From Macrostomum lignano (Eukaryota): a DNA stretch of 64,000 nucleotides. Under the pieces are notes generated by a model. That model saw nothing but the letters and a program-made list of their open reading frames with translations. It did no database searches and had not been told where the DNA came from. Within the stretch, counting starts at the first letter, position 1. Each line of letters begins with the position of its first letter. A program made the position numbers and the translations under genes. Shown here piece by piece: positions 9,601 to 21,248 of the stretch. The stretch spans positions 1 through 64,000 of the forward strand of contig NIVC01002536.1 of NCBI GenBank assembly GCA_002269645.1, written 5' to 3'.

Positions 9601-12494
9601 CGCGTGCTGCGACATGCCGGGTAGCGTCCTCTATCTCCTACTGCCTCCACGCACTCTCTGTCCCCCTCCTGCTACAGGGGGCTGGTTGCTCGCTGTACAG
9701 GGCAGCGTCAGCATCTGGGTTTCCTTCCTGCACCGTCTACCCCACCACTATACTGACTAACCGCATGCACACGACATTGGTGGGAGGGGTGGAGTTCCCC
9801 ACTGACGGGTGTACACCTACTCGACGCTGAAGGTACACTTGCTGAACGCCCACCCTGTCAGATGTACACTTGCTGAACACCCATCCTGTCAGATGTACAC
9901 TCGCTGGACGCCCACCCTGCCGGATGTACACCCCGCCGTCCCTTCCCTCCAGGAGCACTGCAAGTAGACTAGTATGGCTTGGTATTCGGAGTTGGCGTGT
10001 GTACGTAATATACTCTTTGTAATATTTACTTGACCTGGGTTTGTAAGTTCTAATAACATATAAATGACTACTGCTGACTAGTTGACGCATCTGGATGGTG
10101 TGATAAAAACTAGTAACGTACCGTGATTTCGAGAGAAATCCTAGCACAATACTGTTCTGTCCGGCATGTGGAAAAGTATTTGCCCCGCCTTCGCTTACTC
10201 ATACTGCACACAGACAAAGCTTATCTCTATTAGCAATCTGTTCGTGGTGGTTTAGAAGGATACTGTCTTCCTGTATATAGCTCTCTATCCCTTCATCACT
10301 CGTAATAACTTCATAAATGCTCGCTTGACCAATGGCTGGTACTGAACTAATAATTCATACGATACATAATGGTTAATACTTTCTAACTCCGTACAGCTCA
10401 CAAGTTTCTACTCTCTACCTTATCAGTAACATTAAAATAAAAAGGTAAAATTTGCTGGTTTTGTGCCTTGTTTGCTTACTTTTCTATTAAAATACTTGCG
10501 GTTTATAATTGAAAATGTCTGCTTTTTATTCAATTTTATGTGGTTTGAAGGTTTATTTTTGCTAAAATGCCTGGTTTCTTATAAAAATTTCTACTCTCGA
10601 CAATGATTGTGTCAGCTATTTCATTAAAATAACCTACTTTTTGAATAAAACGTTGTATTTAAGCCCCTAGTTTTTTCAAAACATAATTGAAACAGCTTAC
10701 ATAGAGCATGCAGACCCCGAAACCCCTCTAGTGTGCCCTGATTTCAGCGGTCTGACGGTTAAGATCTGTATTTTTACACTATATTTTCCTTCATACAGCA
10801 ATACAGGAGGGTATGGAAGAGTGAGTCTGGCGGGAGAGGGGGCTTGTGGGGTGATGAGGATGCGTACACACAGTTTAGCCTGTTTTAGCCTACCTTTTGG
10901 GCTAATATACTTACTATTATTACTACCATTATACCTACTATGTACATACTATTATACTACCCGCTATTAAATATGCTGCACTAAAACCAACTTTTGAAAA
11001 TACATAGCGTGTTTTGGTCTATTCTCCCTCACGTCTCTGTCCCTACACGTGCTCTGCCCGCTTTGGTCTCTGTTTGTGTACCTCTCTGTAACGTCTCTGT
11101 ACGCTCAGACTGGTTTCTCCGTCCCCGCACGCGCCTCTACTAAAGTTTGCTGTTACCTACCCCTACACACTGCTCTCTGTCTCCCTCCGCGCACACCTCA
11201 CTGCCCTTGTATGTAATTTGCATGCCTTGCATGCCCTGTCCTGCCCTCGCGTGGGTCCCTGCCTATACATAGCTACCGGACCCTACCTCTCTCTGTGCCT
11301 TGCTCGCAACTCTGTCCCAGGCCCCCCTTCATACTTCTCTGTCCCAGGCCCCCCTTCATACTTCTCTGTCCCGGGCTGTAACTGGCTGACACGCGCCTCT
11401 CTGTTCCCCAGCCTGCGTGGCTGCCTACCCTGCACACTGCTCTCTGTCCCCCTCCGCGCCTCTCTATCATCCTATTCCTGCAGCTGACCGTGCCGTTCAG
11501 CTCTGTCCACGCACGGCTCCACCCCTGCCCGTGTCTCACTGTACACTGCTCCCTGCTGCATGGCTCCCTTACCCTGCGCGTTTGCTTCCTATCTCCCTCC
11601 TGCTCCATATGTTTCTGTTCCCTCACACTACGCACACGTGGCTGGCTCTCTGTCCAAACACATCTCTGCTCCTCCACTCTATCCTCGCGTGGCCCCTTGA
11701 CGGTTCGCATGCCCCTGCATACCCTGCCTGCCCCTCTGTCCCCTGCAACTGGGGAGGGAGCTCTCTATCCTCTGTATGGCTTTCTCTGTGGGGTGTGTGT
11801 GACTCACACTACCTCTCTGTCCTAGCATGCGCCTCTCTATCCGGCTCCTGCAGCAGGCTGTGTTATTCACATCTCTTTCCACCCACCCTCTGCCCGTACA
11901 CGCTCAGTGTACAGGGCTGCGTCAGCATCGGGGTTAAAACTTCTCGCTCCCTATGCTTCAACAGTATAACAACCTAGTGGCTGGTTCTCTGTCCGCCCCA
12001 CCCCTCTCTGCCCGTACACTCTCACTGTACAGGGCTGCGTCAGCGTTAGGGTTGAAACTTCTCGCTCCCTATACCCCACAACCGTGTAGTGTCCTAGTAT
12101 GGGCGCGACCTGGGTTCGATTTCGCTAGTTGAGATGTAGGTGAGAGAGGGGAAGAGGCCCGTATCGATGACTACATATCGGTGTACACACATATCGGGAG
12201 AGTGTACACTCGGGGTGCCTGCGGCATGGGCGCCTGCTGCATGGGCGCCTGCGGCTCGGGAGGGTGCGCTTGGGATCTGATTGATTTGGGATCTGATTGA
12301 TTTGGGATCTGATTGATTTATTGGGATCTAATATCGGTAGGTGCGCCTGCGGCTGGGGAGGGTCGCGGGTTCGAGTCGCCGATATCGATACGGGTATCGA
12401 TCACCTAGTGATCGGGGCGCCAGCCAATGAGAGGCGAGGAGGGTTGACACCCACCTCACCTCCAAAATCAAGCCATCTGCCGTTGCTTAGTAGT
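3670..12494. mobile_element. 8.8-kb foldback (palindromic) element with 6-bp TSD; Maverick/Polinton-like non-autonomous derivative
   Basis: Arms 3670-8044 and 8120-12494 are reverse complements (coordinate sum 16164/16165; mirrored ORFs such as 4187..4747 and 11417..11977). Ends ACTACT...AGTAGT; ACTGAG at 3664-3669 and 12495-12500. The structure is directly seen; the family assignment is inference. Confidence 0.85.
3845..3893. repeat. 16-bp tandem x3 (AAATCAATCAGATCCC) in the left arm; mirrored at ~12271-12319
   Basis: Directly visible in both arms. Confidence 0.85.
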
Positions 12495-13118
12495 ACTGAG
12501 ATTAATTTTGTACTGGATTTAATTAGTTCGGGCAAAAACTTATAATCTGTTTGGAGTTTCGTGTTCAACATTATTTAATTGATTAGCATTTAGTCTGCAG
12601 ACCCGCACATTGATTAATAAATTCAAGGGTTTAATTGCAATTTACTCAGGTTTTTAAATACTCATTTACACAGGCAAATCATTTAGCAGCAGTAAGCAAC
12701 AAAAAGTGTATATTTAATTTTTTATGACACCAGAGCAACATGAGCAGACCTACTCGACTTACTCAAAAATCCATGGCTCATTTTAGGCACTGGAAGCGGC
12801 CAGTCATAAAATGACGTAGTAAAAATAATGAGCTAATGTAAAAACTACCTAATAACAATTTGTAACAGTAGGTGAAGTCTGGCTAGCTGGGATTTATAAA
12901 ACATGATCGAAAAATTCAAATTTACAATGCATTTGGATTAGATTAATATATGCCAATTGACTTAATTAGTAACTGGTAGATGAAAAATGACTAAGTGTCG
13001 GGTCATGATTAAAACTTATATTATACAAAACAGATGGAAATGCACATTGCATTGATACCGATTTCTTCCTAACACGGATTAATAACGTTCACCAGTTAGT
13101 TATTGGATTGGAAGTAAT

Positions 13119-15732
13119 CCCGACCGAAAATATTTGTCCTTTCAAAAACAGTAAGTGTGCCAGTTGTGCCACAAATATGCCCTTTGACAGAGTTATAAAT
13201 GTCTTTGTATGTCATATTTGGCACACTTGATACAATTGTACCAATTGTGCCGTAGCTATGCCATTTGGCACAGTTTGTAAATGTCGATGTATGTCCTATT
13301 TGGCACACTTGACACAAATAGTATTTTTACTGCTAATTGGCCAATGAAACCAATTGGCACACTTAACACACTTGCTACAATTGTGCCAGTTGTGCCACAG
13401 CCATAACATTTAGCACAGTTATAAATGTCTTTGTACGTCCCATTTGGCACACCTGGCACAAATAACATTTTTATAGCTAATTCCCCTTGGAAACCATTTG
13501 GCACACTTGGCGCACTTACTACAAGTGTACCAGTTGTGCCACAGCTATACTATTTGACACAGTTATATATGTCTTGGACTGTCCTTCTTGGCACACTTGG
13601 CACGAATATCCTTTTTATAGCTAATTGGTTATTAAAACAGACTGGCACACTTGGCCCACTTGCTACAATTGTACCAGTTGTGCCACAGCTATGACATAAT
13701 TGGCACAGTTATATGTCTTTGTCCTTCTTGGCACACTTGGCTCAAATAACCTTTTTTATTGCTAATTACTAACAAAACTATTTGGCACACACCTGGTGCA
13801 ACTTGCACTGAGGCTGCGACGTCAGTAGCTTCGATTTCGGCAGATGACCGGCAGGTTTTCACTCCCAACTTGCGGCATGATCTGCTCAGACGCTCGAAAA
13901 TGGCGCAACCGCGTTTGATTGACGCCATTACAAAAGAACTAAAGCAGCAGATCACGCAGCATTTCGCCGTCCATCTAGATCAGCTCGTGGACCCAGCCGT
14001 CACAGTTGATAACATGCTGGTCGACGACAATGGAAAGAAATTATACCACGGTAAGAAATTAATAGTCCTTCATTTATGATCGCGCAAATATCCTATTGTT
14101 ACTCTCAAACGCTCTTCAATCCTTAAAAAAACACCTCTGCAGCCAATCGGTTTCGCCTTTACGTCCAACGTCGCTCGGACCAGGGTCACGGCCAGTAAGG
14201 ATATATCAAGAACCAACGACTCCGGCCAACCTCAATGCACTTCTCCGCGAGATGGTGCGGGGGTGCTTCAGCGACGACGAGATTTTGGTAACGTCGTTGA
14301 GCGGTCGCGCTACTGAGCCTGGTCGGCCACGCCTGCTACCTGGCTGGAATCGACATCCCAACCAATGAATGCGATTGAAAAGGTCACGTCCGATGCTCCA
14401 TCACCGTCAGTCGGCGTGAAAAGCAATCCGGACGTTTGCCTGTAAAGAAACTTCGTCAAGGTGCGGCTAATGCACTCGCGAGGACTGAGCGCCGGATGTC
14501 TGCTGTTGCATCTAGCAAAACTAAACTTGTTTGGCAGATGCGGGACCCGTCTAGCTTGGCCTGTCTCCCTCATGTTTCTGGTTTTGTTTTCCCCTGGAAA
14601 TATGCTCTTTCCCACATAAAGTAACGAACTACATTACTATAGTTAGTTCCAGACTCGTAAATTACAATAGCACCAGGAATCAGACTTGTTGTCTAACTAG
14701 AAAAGTATAGGGGAACAGAGGTATTGGAGTTGGTTTCACTAATTGCTTGTTTTTTTATCTAGTTGTTTGTTTGTGCTTTTTAAATTAATACATTAGATGT
14801 ATACATGTTGCTACATTAAAATCCTGTGCCACGTGTAGTCGACTCAGTAGTTAATTTGTTACATTGCATGTTTTAGTTTCAAATGTATTAGAAGTGTAAA
14901 CTCTTTGGCTGGCACCACAATTTTCATGCACCGCGCTTTTTAATTACGTTGTTTTTTGTTTCCTGTCCAATGTCCGCTGTCTGTTATGTTTCTTTCCGTT
15001 AACTTCTAGTATGCATTTTTTAATTCCGCAGCCTCCCCTTTTTCCTGTTTTATACATGTTTTTTGTCCTATTTGCTACTTCCCATTAAATATATACGTAC
15101 CTGGTATTTATGCAACATCCCTTTTTCCAACTGTTTCAATCTGTTTATGTTCGCGCTCAACATTTTAAAGTTAAATTTACATTAACAACTCTTTTCAATT
15201 TGTCTTCCCTCATTTAAACATGAGAAGGACTTCTCGCAAAATCTTAGCTACTTCATACATACGCTTCATAACTCGTAGTTGACTAACGGGTCAACTATAA
15301 CAGCATCAGATAGCATATTATGCGCTTAGTTCAACTGCTTTAAACTGCAAATTCACTCGTCTGGAGAATTTACGCCAAATGGCACAGTACGCGCTAGTTT
15401 AACTGCTTCAAGCTGCACATTTACTCGTATTGTGCCAAATGGTACATTTATGGCACAGTTGTGCACAATTATAAGCACTCAAAAATAGCTGAGACAACTG
15501 GCACAGTTGTGGCACAGTTGTGGCACAGCAGTGCACAATTAAAAATTTGATTCTTAATTGTGTCACATGTGCCAATTGGCACAGCTTGGCACAGTTAAAT
15601 TTGTGCCAAGCTGTGCCACCAATTGTCGATTCTCACAAATTTCGTGTCGTTTCGACAGTTATTTTGGGATTCCCCCCAATTCATTTTTATGTGCTATTTG
15701 ACGCATTTAAAGAACAATTATTTCCGGTCGGG
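13119..15732. mobile_element. CMC/EnSpm(CACTA)-like non-autonomous DNA transposon, 2.6 kb
   Basis: Imperfect ~26-bp TIRs (CCCGACCGAAAATATTTGTCCTTT vs reverse complement of right end CCCGACCGGAAATAATTGTTCTTT); AT on both sides (13117-8, 15733-4); dense subterminal GGCAC/GTGCC repeats at both ends (144-bp period on the left). Confidence 0.7.
13900..14624 (+). pseudogene. Decayed BEN-domain gene inside the TIR element
   Basis: 14231-14335 encodes LNALLREMVRGCFSDDEILVTSLSGRATEPGRPRL, matching the BEN pattern L..lF+.eEL...s.sG.....p.L. GT-AG intron 14051-14142; pieces lie in different frames. Confidence 0.5.
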
Positions 15733-15755
15733 ATATCAAATTTAAGTAGTGGGGT

Positions 15756-16113
15756 GGCAGATTCAAGGACACTGAGGAAGCGGAGAGGCAGATTCAAGGA
15801 CACTGAGGGAGCGGAGAGGCAGGTTCAAGGACACAGATGGGAGCGGAGAGGCAGATTCAAGGACACTGAGGGGAGCGGAGAGGCAGATTCAAGGACACTA
15901 AGGGGAGCGGAGAGGCAGATTCAAGGACACAGATGGGAGCGGAGAGGCAGATTCAAGGACACTAAGGGGAGCGGAGAGGCAGATTCAAGGACACAGATGG
16001 GAGCGGAGAGGCAGATTCAAGGACACTAAGGGGAGCGGAGAGGCAGATTCAAGGACACAGATGGGAGCGGAGAGGCAGATTCAAGGACACTAAGGGGAGC
16101 AGAGAGGCAGATT
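15756..16113. repeat. ~32-bp minisatellite, ~11 copies, alternating variants (GCAGATTCAAGGACAC[TAAGGG/AGATGG]GAGCGGAGAG)
   Basis: Directly visible just 3' of the SLC25 gene. Confidence 0.9.
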
Positions 16114-16226
16114 TGAATTACTTAAGGCTGGGTAGCAGGAAACGGGTAGTAGTATGAATAATTAAAGTTGTAGGAGTATTTCATCAGCACATGTCTACTA
16201 CAAGTAGGCAAGTTCATATCCAAGGC

Positions 16227-18220
16227 CTAGCCTCGCAATCCTAATTCGGAGACTTTCCGTTGAGCAAACTGCATAACAACCATTGAAGTGCCGTTAGCTA
16301 AGAAGCTGCGAATGGTGCCCGGCAGCAGGCCGCGATAAAGTCCGAAGAAGCCGCCTCGCTGCTTAATAGTGAGCCTGAGCCTGGCAAGGGTTGGCATGGG
16401 CTGGCCATACTGGCCCTGCACCTGGCTCTTCATGTACTCCAGCGGCCACACGAGCCACCAGGCGGCTGTCGCAGCCATTCCCGATGCCAAGAACGGTCCA
16501 GCAACTGAACGGGCAAAAAAGTCCGGAAAATGTCTCCGACCGGAGTCAATTAAAACAAAGTAAGTAGTCATTAGGCCGAGGGTTCGAACCCAGGTGACGC
16601 TGAAACCGCTGTAGAGTCCGCCTAGGGTCCAAGTTTGGCCAGTTTGGCGACGGATTTTCGCCACTTCAAGCGGGCACTCGATTATGGCGCGAGCGGTGGA
16701 GGCCAGAATGCCGCCTAAGATGACCCGCCTGCGGCGATGGGGAGAGCGCTGATGCTGAAACGCTGATGGGGAGAGCACTGTATCAGCCATGGAGTGCTGT
16801 GGGCTTATAGTCCTCATCTGATACAGTGCTGTGGGGCTTATAGTCCTCATCTGATACAGTGCTGTGGGGCTTATAGTCCTCATCTGATACAGTGCTGTGG
16901 GGCTTATAGTCCTCATCTGATACAGTGCTGTGGGGCTTATAGTCCTCATCTGATACAGTGCTGTGGGGCTTATAGTCCTCATCTGATACAGTGCTGCGGG
17001 GCTTATAGTCCTCATCTGCTACAGTGCTGTGGGGCTTATAGTCCTCATCTGATACAGTGCTGTGGGCTTATAGTCCTCATCTGATACAGTGCTGTGGGCT
17101 TATAGTCCTCATCTGATACAGTGCTGTGGGCTTATAGTCCTCATCTGATACAGTGCTGTGGGCTTATAGTCCTCATCTGATACAGTGCTGTGGGGCTTAT
17201 AGTCCTCATCTGATACAGTGCTGTGGGGCTTATAGTCCTCATCTGATACAGTGCTGTGGGCTTATAGTCCTCATCTGATACAGTGCTGTGGGCTTATAGT
17301 CCTCATCTGATACAGTGCTGTGGGCTTATAGTCCTCATCGGATACAGTGCTGTGGGGCTTATAGTCCTCATTTGATACAGTGCTGTGGGGCTTATAGTCC
17401 TCATTTGATACAGTGCTGTGGGGCTTATAGTCCTCATCTGATACAGTGCTGTGGGGCTTATAGTCCTCATTTGATACAGTGCTGTGGGGCTTATAGTCCT
17501 CATCTGATACAGTGCTGTGAGCTTATAGTCCTCATCTGATACAGTGCTGTGGGGCTTATAGTCCTCATTTGATACAGTGCTGTGGGGCTTATAGTCCTCA
17601 TTTGATACAGTGCTGTGGGCTTATAGTCCTCATCTGATACAGTGCTGTGGGCTTATAGTCCTCATCTGATACAGTGCTGTGGGTCCTCAGATGGGGTGGT
17701 GGTGGCTGAGTCTCGCTGCTGGGGTTAAGGTGGCAAATCAATATTGAAGATTGAAACGCTACAATCGTTGGGATTGATAGCACTCACCCTTGCACTCCGC
17801 CGGTGAAGGGGATGGGCTCAATAAACAGACTAGAGCTCAAGCCGGTGTAGACACTTTCGAACACGGCAAATTGGGTTGAACGAAAAATTCCAGAGCCCCA
17901 CAGAGGCGGAATGCAACCCCTAGGATGTATAAAAGGCAGGGAATTAATTTATATTGAACTTCGTGTCTTCTTGGTGAATCAAATGTAGACAGCGGCATTT
18001 AGACTTACCGATATAATCCAATAACTCCTTCAGCACGCCAAGTTTTGTTAAAAGCTTTCAGCATTCCGCCAGTGTCAAAGCCTTGCTGGGCCTGCATTTT
18101 GGTCTTCATAGTGTCAAATGGGTGGCCAACAACCACATTTGTGACACCATAGAGGATGCCAACGCCTAGACCTATGCCCCCTTCCTTAAGCCAATGAGCT
18201 CGTTTCTCATTGTGCGTCAT
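16227..18220 (-). CDS. Mitochondrial carrier (SLC25 family), ~281 aa, 3 exons
   Basis: Exons 18220-18009, 17919-17788, 16728-16227; GT-AG, phases 2/2 consistent; three carrier signatures (PFDTMKTKMQ, PLEVAKIRRQ, PLEYMKSQVQ). Subfamily not assigned. Confidence 0.92.
16793..17682. repeat. 33/32-bp intronic minisatellite, ~27 copies
   Basis: ATAGTCCTCATCTGATACAGTGCTGTGG(G)GCTT fills SLC25 intron 2. Confidence 0.95.
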
Positions 18221-18619
18221 GGCACCTATGGCAACACTGAAAAAGTATAGTTAATACAAAGTAACAAACATTTTATTTAGGTTGTCAATATGCAAAAATA
18301 ATCGATTAACTATTGTTTCACAATGATAAATGCTGAAATTTTAAGAAAACCAATTAAATTGTATATATAGTAGTTGACGATTTTATGATACAACTCAAAC
18401 TCAAACTCAAACAACAGTTTTGCACTACATGTACATTTATGATTGAGATGGTGGGGGATTAAGTTAGGATGAATGAAGCCAATGGGGAAGCCATCCAGCA
18501 TTTGCCACTATCAAAGAAGGCTAGATTGCAAAGGAGGGCCTTCTTGGAAACCAATCCTTGATAAGTAGGCCATGGCCCTCAGAAGATCTTGAATGGTAAG
18601 AATTAAAGAAAACACGTCA

Positions 18620-18728
18620 GGAGAGGAGAGAAGGGAGAGAGGAGAGAGGGAGAAAAGAGAGAGAAAGGGAAAATAAGAGGGGAGAGGGGAGGAGAGGGGA
18701 GAGAGGAGAGAAAATGGGACAGAAGAGA
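18620..18728. repeat. AG-rich polypurine tract
   Basis: Degenerate (GA)n/(GGA)n. Confidence 0.7.
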
Positions 18729-21248
18729 ATCTCGCCATTCGCCCTTGGCCTTGCCTGCATGATCCCTACAGCTTGAGTTCATGCAGCAGCTTAGGACAGA
18801 GGGTCTAAGACTTTTGGTCTGTTATAATTGGCTCCCTCGCCATCTGTTGATTGGTTTTCATGTCATGTCTTATTAAGGCTATTGGATAATTGTGATAAAG
18901 GGACAAATTAATTTTTAAAACATTCTTGTCTTTGCTTACTTTTAGTAGTGTACAGTTGATAAAATTTAATATAATTCTTGCAACCAAAGAGCAATTTTCT
19001 AAAACTTTGTTTTAAACCATTGAAATAATTTGTTAAAGTTGATCAACTTTGCCCAACCAATGATATTTCACTTGATTTTATTGGTACTATATAAGCAGTG
19101 ACACCTAGAAGAAATAAACTCTAACTTTTGGCTTCTAGAGAACCATTCTAACTTTTATGCTCTGAATTTGCAGTTTGCCAATTAGCCATCCAAATAGGCT
19201 TTAAATTCAAGTTTTCCCTGAAGTTTTAATTCTTTTAGTTAAGCAAGATTGTAAAGACCCTAAGAAATGTTCAGGGCAAAAGGCTGTAAAGGCTCAGGGA
19301 AAAGCCGTAAAAGCCCCAGAGAAAGCTAGAAAAGCTTAGTAAATATCAAGCCATAAATGCTCTAACTAGGAAATCAAGCTGTGAAGGCTAAAATTAGGCA
19401 CTAGGATCAGGTGATTAGACAGTAGGTTAGTAAACATTAGACATTAGGCATTAGGCATTAACAAAAACTATGGTGTTAATAGATTAATGGCTGATACTAG
19501 AAACCTTTGATCCTTGGAAAATGCAATAATTTCAGACTTGTTTTAAATTTAGTAGTCTTAGCGTACCACTTAGGCACTCATAGCTACCATTAGATTTCTA
19601 AGAAATCAAGTGAATTAAGATATTTTCTTATAAAGCTGTTGGATGGAATAGTAGTCACGTGATTGCTCTCAGCCAATAGCAACTTACATGTGTATGTTGC
19701 CAATAGAAACAGCTAGGTGAATCCCTAGGTTGCTGGTTGCACAGATATGCTTGGTGACAAAAAGTATAATCTTAGTAAGACAGAAGTTAGCTATAATAAT
19801 AGAGATAATAGTTATACTTTGTTTTTATGCTCAATTAGGTGCTTAATTATGCACTAAGAACTGTTTTTTTATTAATAACAATGACAATATTTTGCTAATA
19901 TTATAAAATAATATTAAAATGTAAATATTTATATATTTTTAGATGCAGCTAAAAACAATAACAATTTATATTCTAAATAAAGGCCCCAAAAAGTCTAACA
20001 CTCTAATATAAGGTATATTTAATATATCATTATCAAGCATGCAGAAAAAAATGACCAAGAAATATGTGCAGAACAGTGAATTTTTGTCAGAATTTAGATG
20101 AGTGCACATATTGTTGGATTTAAATGTGCATTATCATAGCATAGTGGGATAGTGCTATAGCATAGATGTGCATCATAATATTTTTGTATTTTTATTAAAG
20201 TTTTACATGCACACGAATTTATTTTTTTAATTTCTGCCCAGAATGTGCTATTTGTTTTTGGGATGAATTCTACCCTAGAATCTAAGGAGAATTAGGGTCA
20301 TGTTGCAAGGTCTAATACATTGCATATATTGCATATATTGCATTGCATACAGGATACAGCATTATTCTACTAGGTAGGTACTAGCCAAGCCTGCCAAGGT
20401 ACTTTAATAGTCAAAGGACCAATATTTAAGATAGAAAACTTGCAGAAAAAATGCAATGCATTTTGCAATTGAGCTAAAAATGCACTTATGCAACAAAAAA
20501 TTAAGATTACCTTAGGTAATCAGGTAGAGGTTATTTCGTTTCTTGTAAAATTCGAGCATTAAAAATTAGGATCCTTTATAACACAGCATACGTATTAGTT
20601 TTTAGTTTAAAAAAAAATTTTTAAATTCAATTGTTTCAAATTTTTATAATTACTGTATATATAATCCTGTGGGCAGCAGTTTTTTTTAATTTTCAAACAG
20701 TTTTCATATTTTAATTTCGACTAATTATCGCACAATTATTTTCCAAGACAGTCAATGATTAGAGTAGGTGGTTAGCCTTAGACTATCGGCTTAGACTATC
20801 AACAATAAGTAGGCCTAGGCGTGAATAAAACTGCGAAAATTATACTCAAAAGTCTATTCTACGCAATCATTTAATTTAATACGCTTATAATTTTCGTTGC
20901 ATTTCTTTTATACCTGATACATTTATTACTAGTCAACTAAAGTTTTGTGTTCTGTCATATTTGTTCTTAAACTCGTATTCATTGCGAATCCTGTAGAGTT
21001 GTATTTTTTCTGTCATTAGTTATCTGGACCTGTTTTCAGTTGTCTCTATATGATAAGCTTTAAGTTCTTCATTCAAACTGATTCTTAAACTTCTTAAAAG
21101 CAAAACAGGAACAAGGAATTTAAGTTTGTTGGATGGGCTTTAGCAGAAGGTTTCTTATTTTTCATTCCATTGGAATTAAGCTAATGCAAATGGCATAGAC
21201 ATAAACCCATATTTTGACAATTGCTATATTGAACATTAATAATCAATA

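Noticed and set aside
4187-11977. Mirrored ORFs in the arms (60-186 aa) as genes
   Set aside because: No recognisable domains, biased low-complexity composition, and two are frameshifted between arms.
3670-12494. Palindrome as a long-read fold-back (missed adapter) artefact
   Set aside because: No adapter sequence at the centre, unique sequence resumes on both sides, a clean 6-bp TSD is present and the arms differ by transitions. Not fully excluded without reads.
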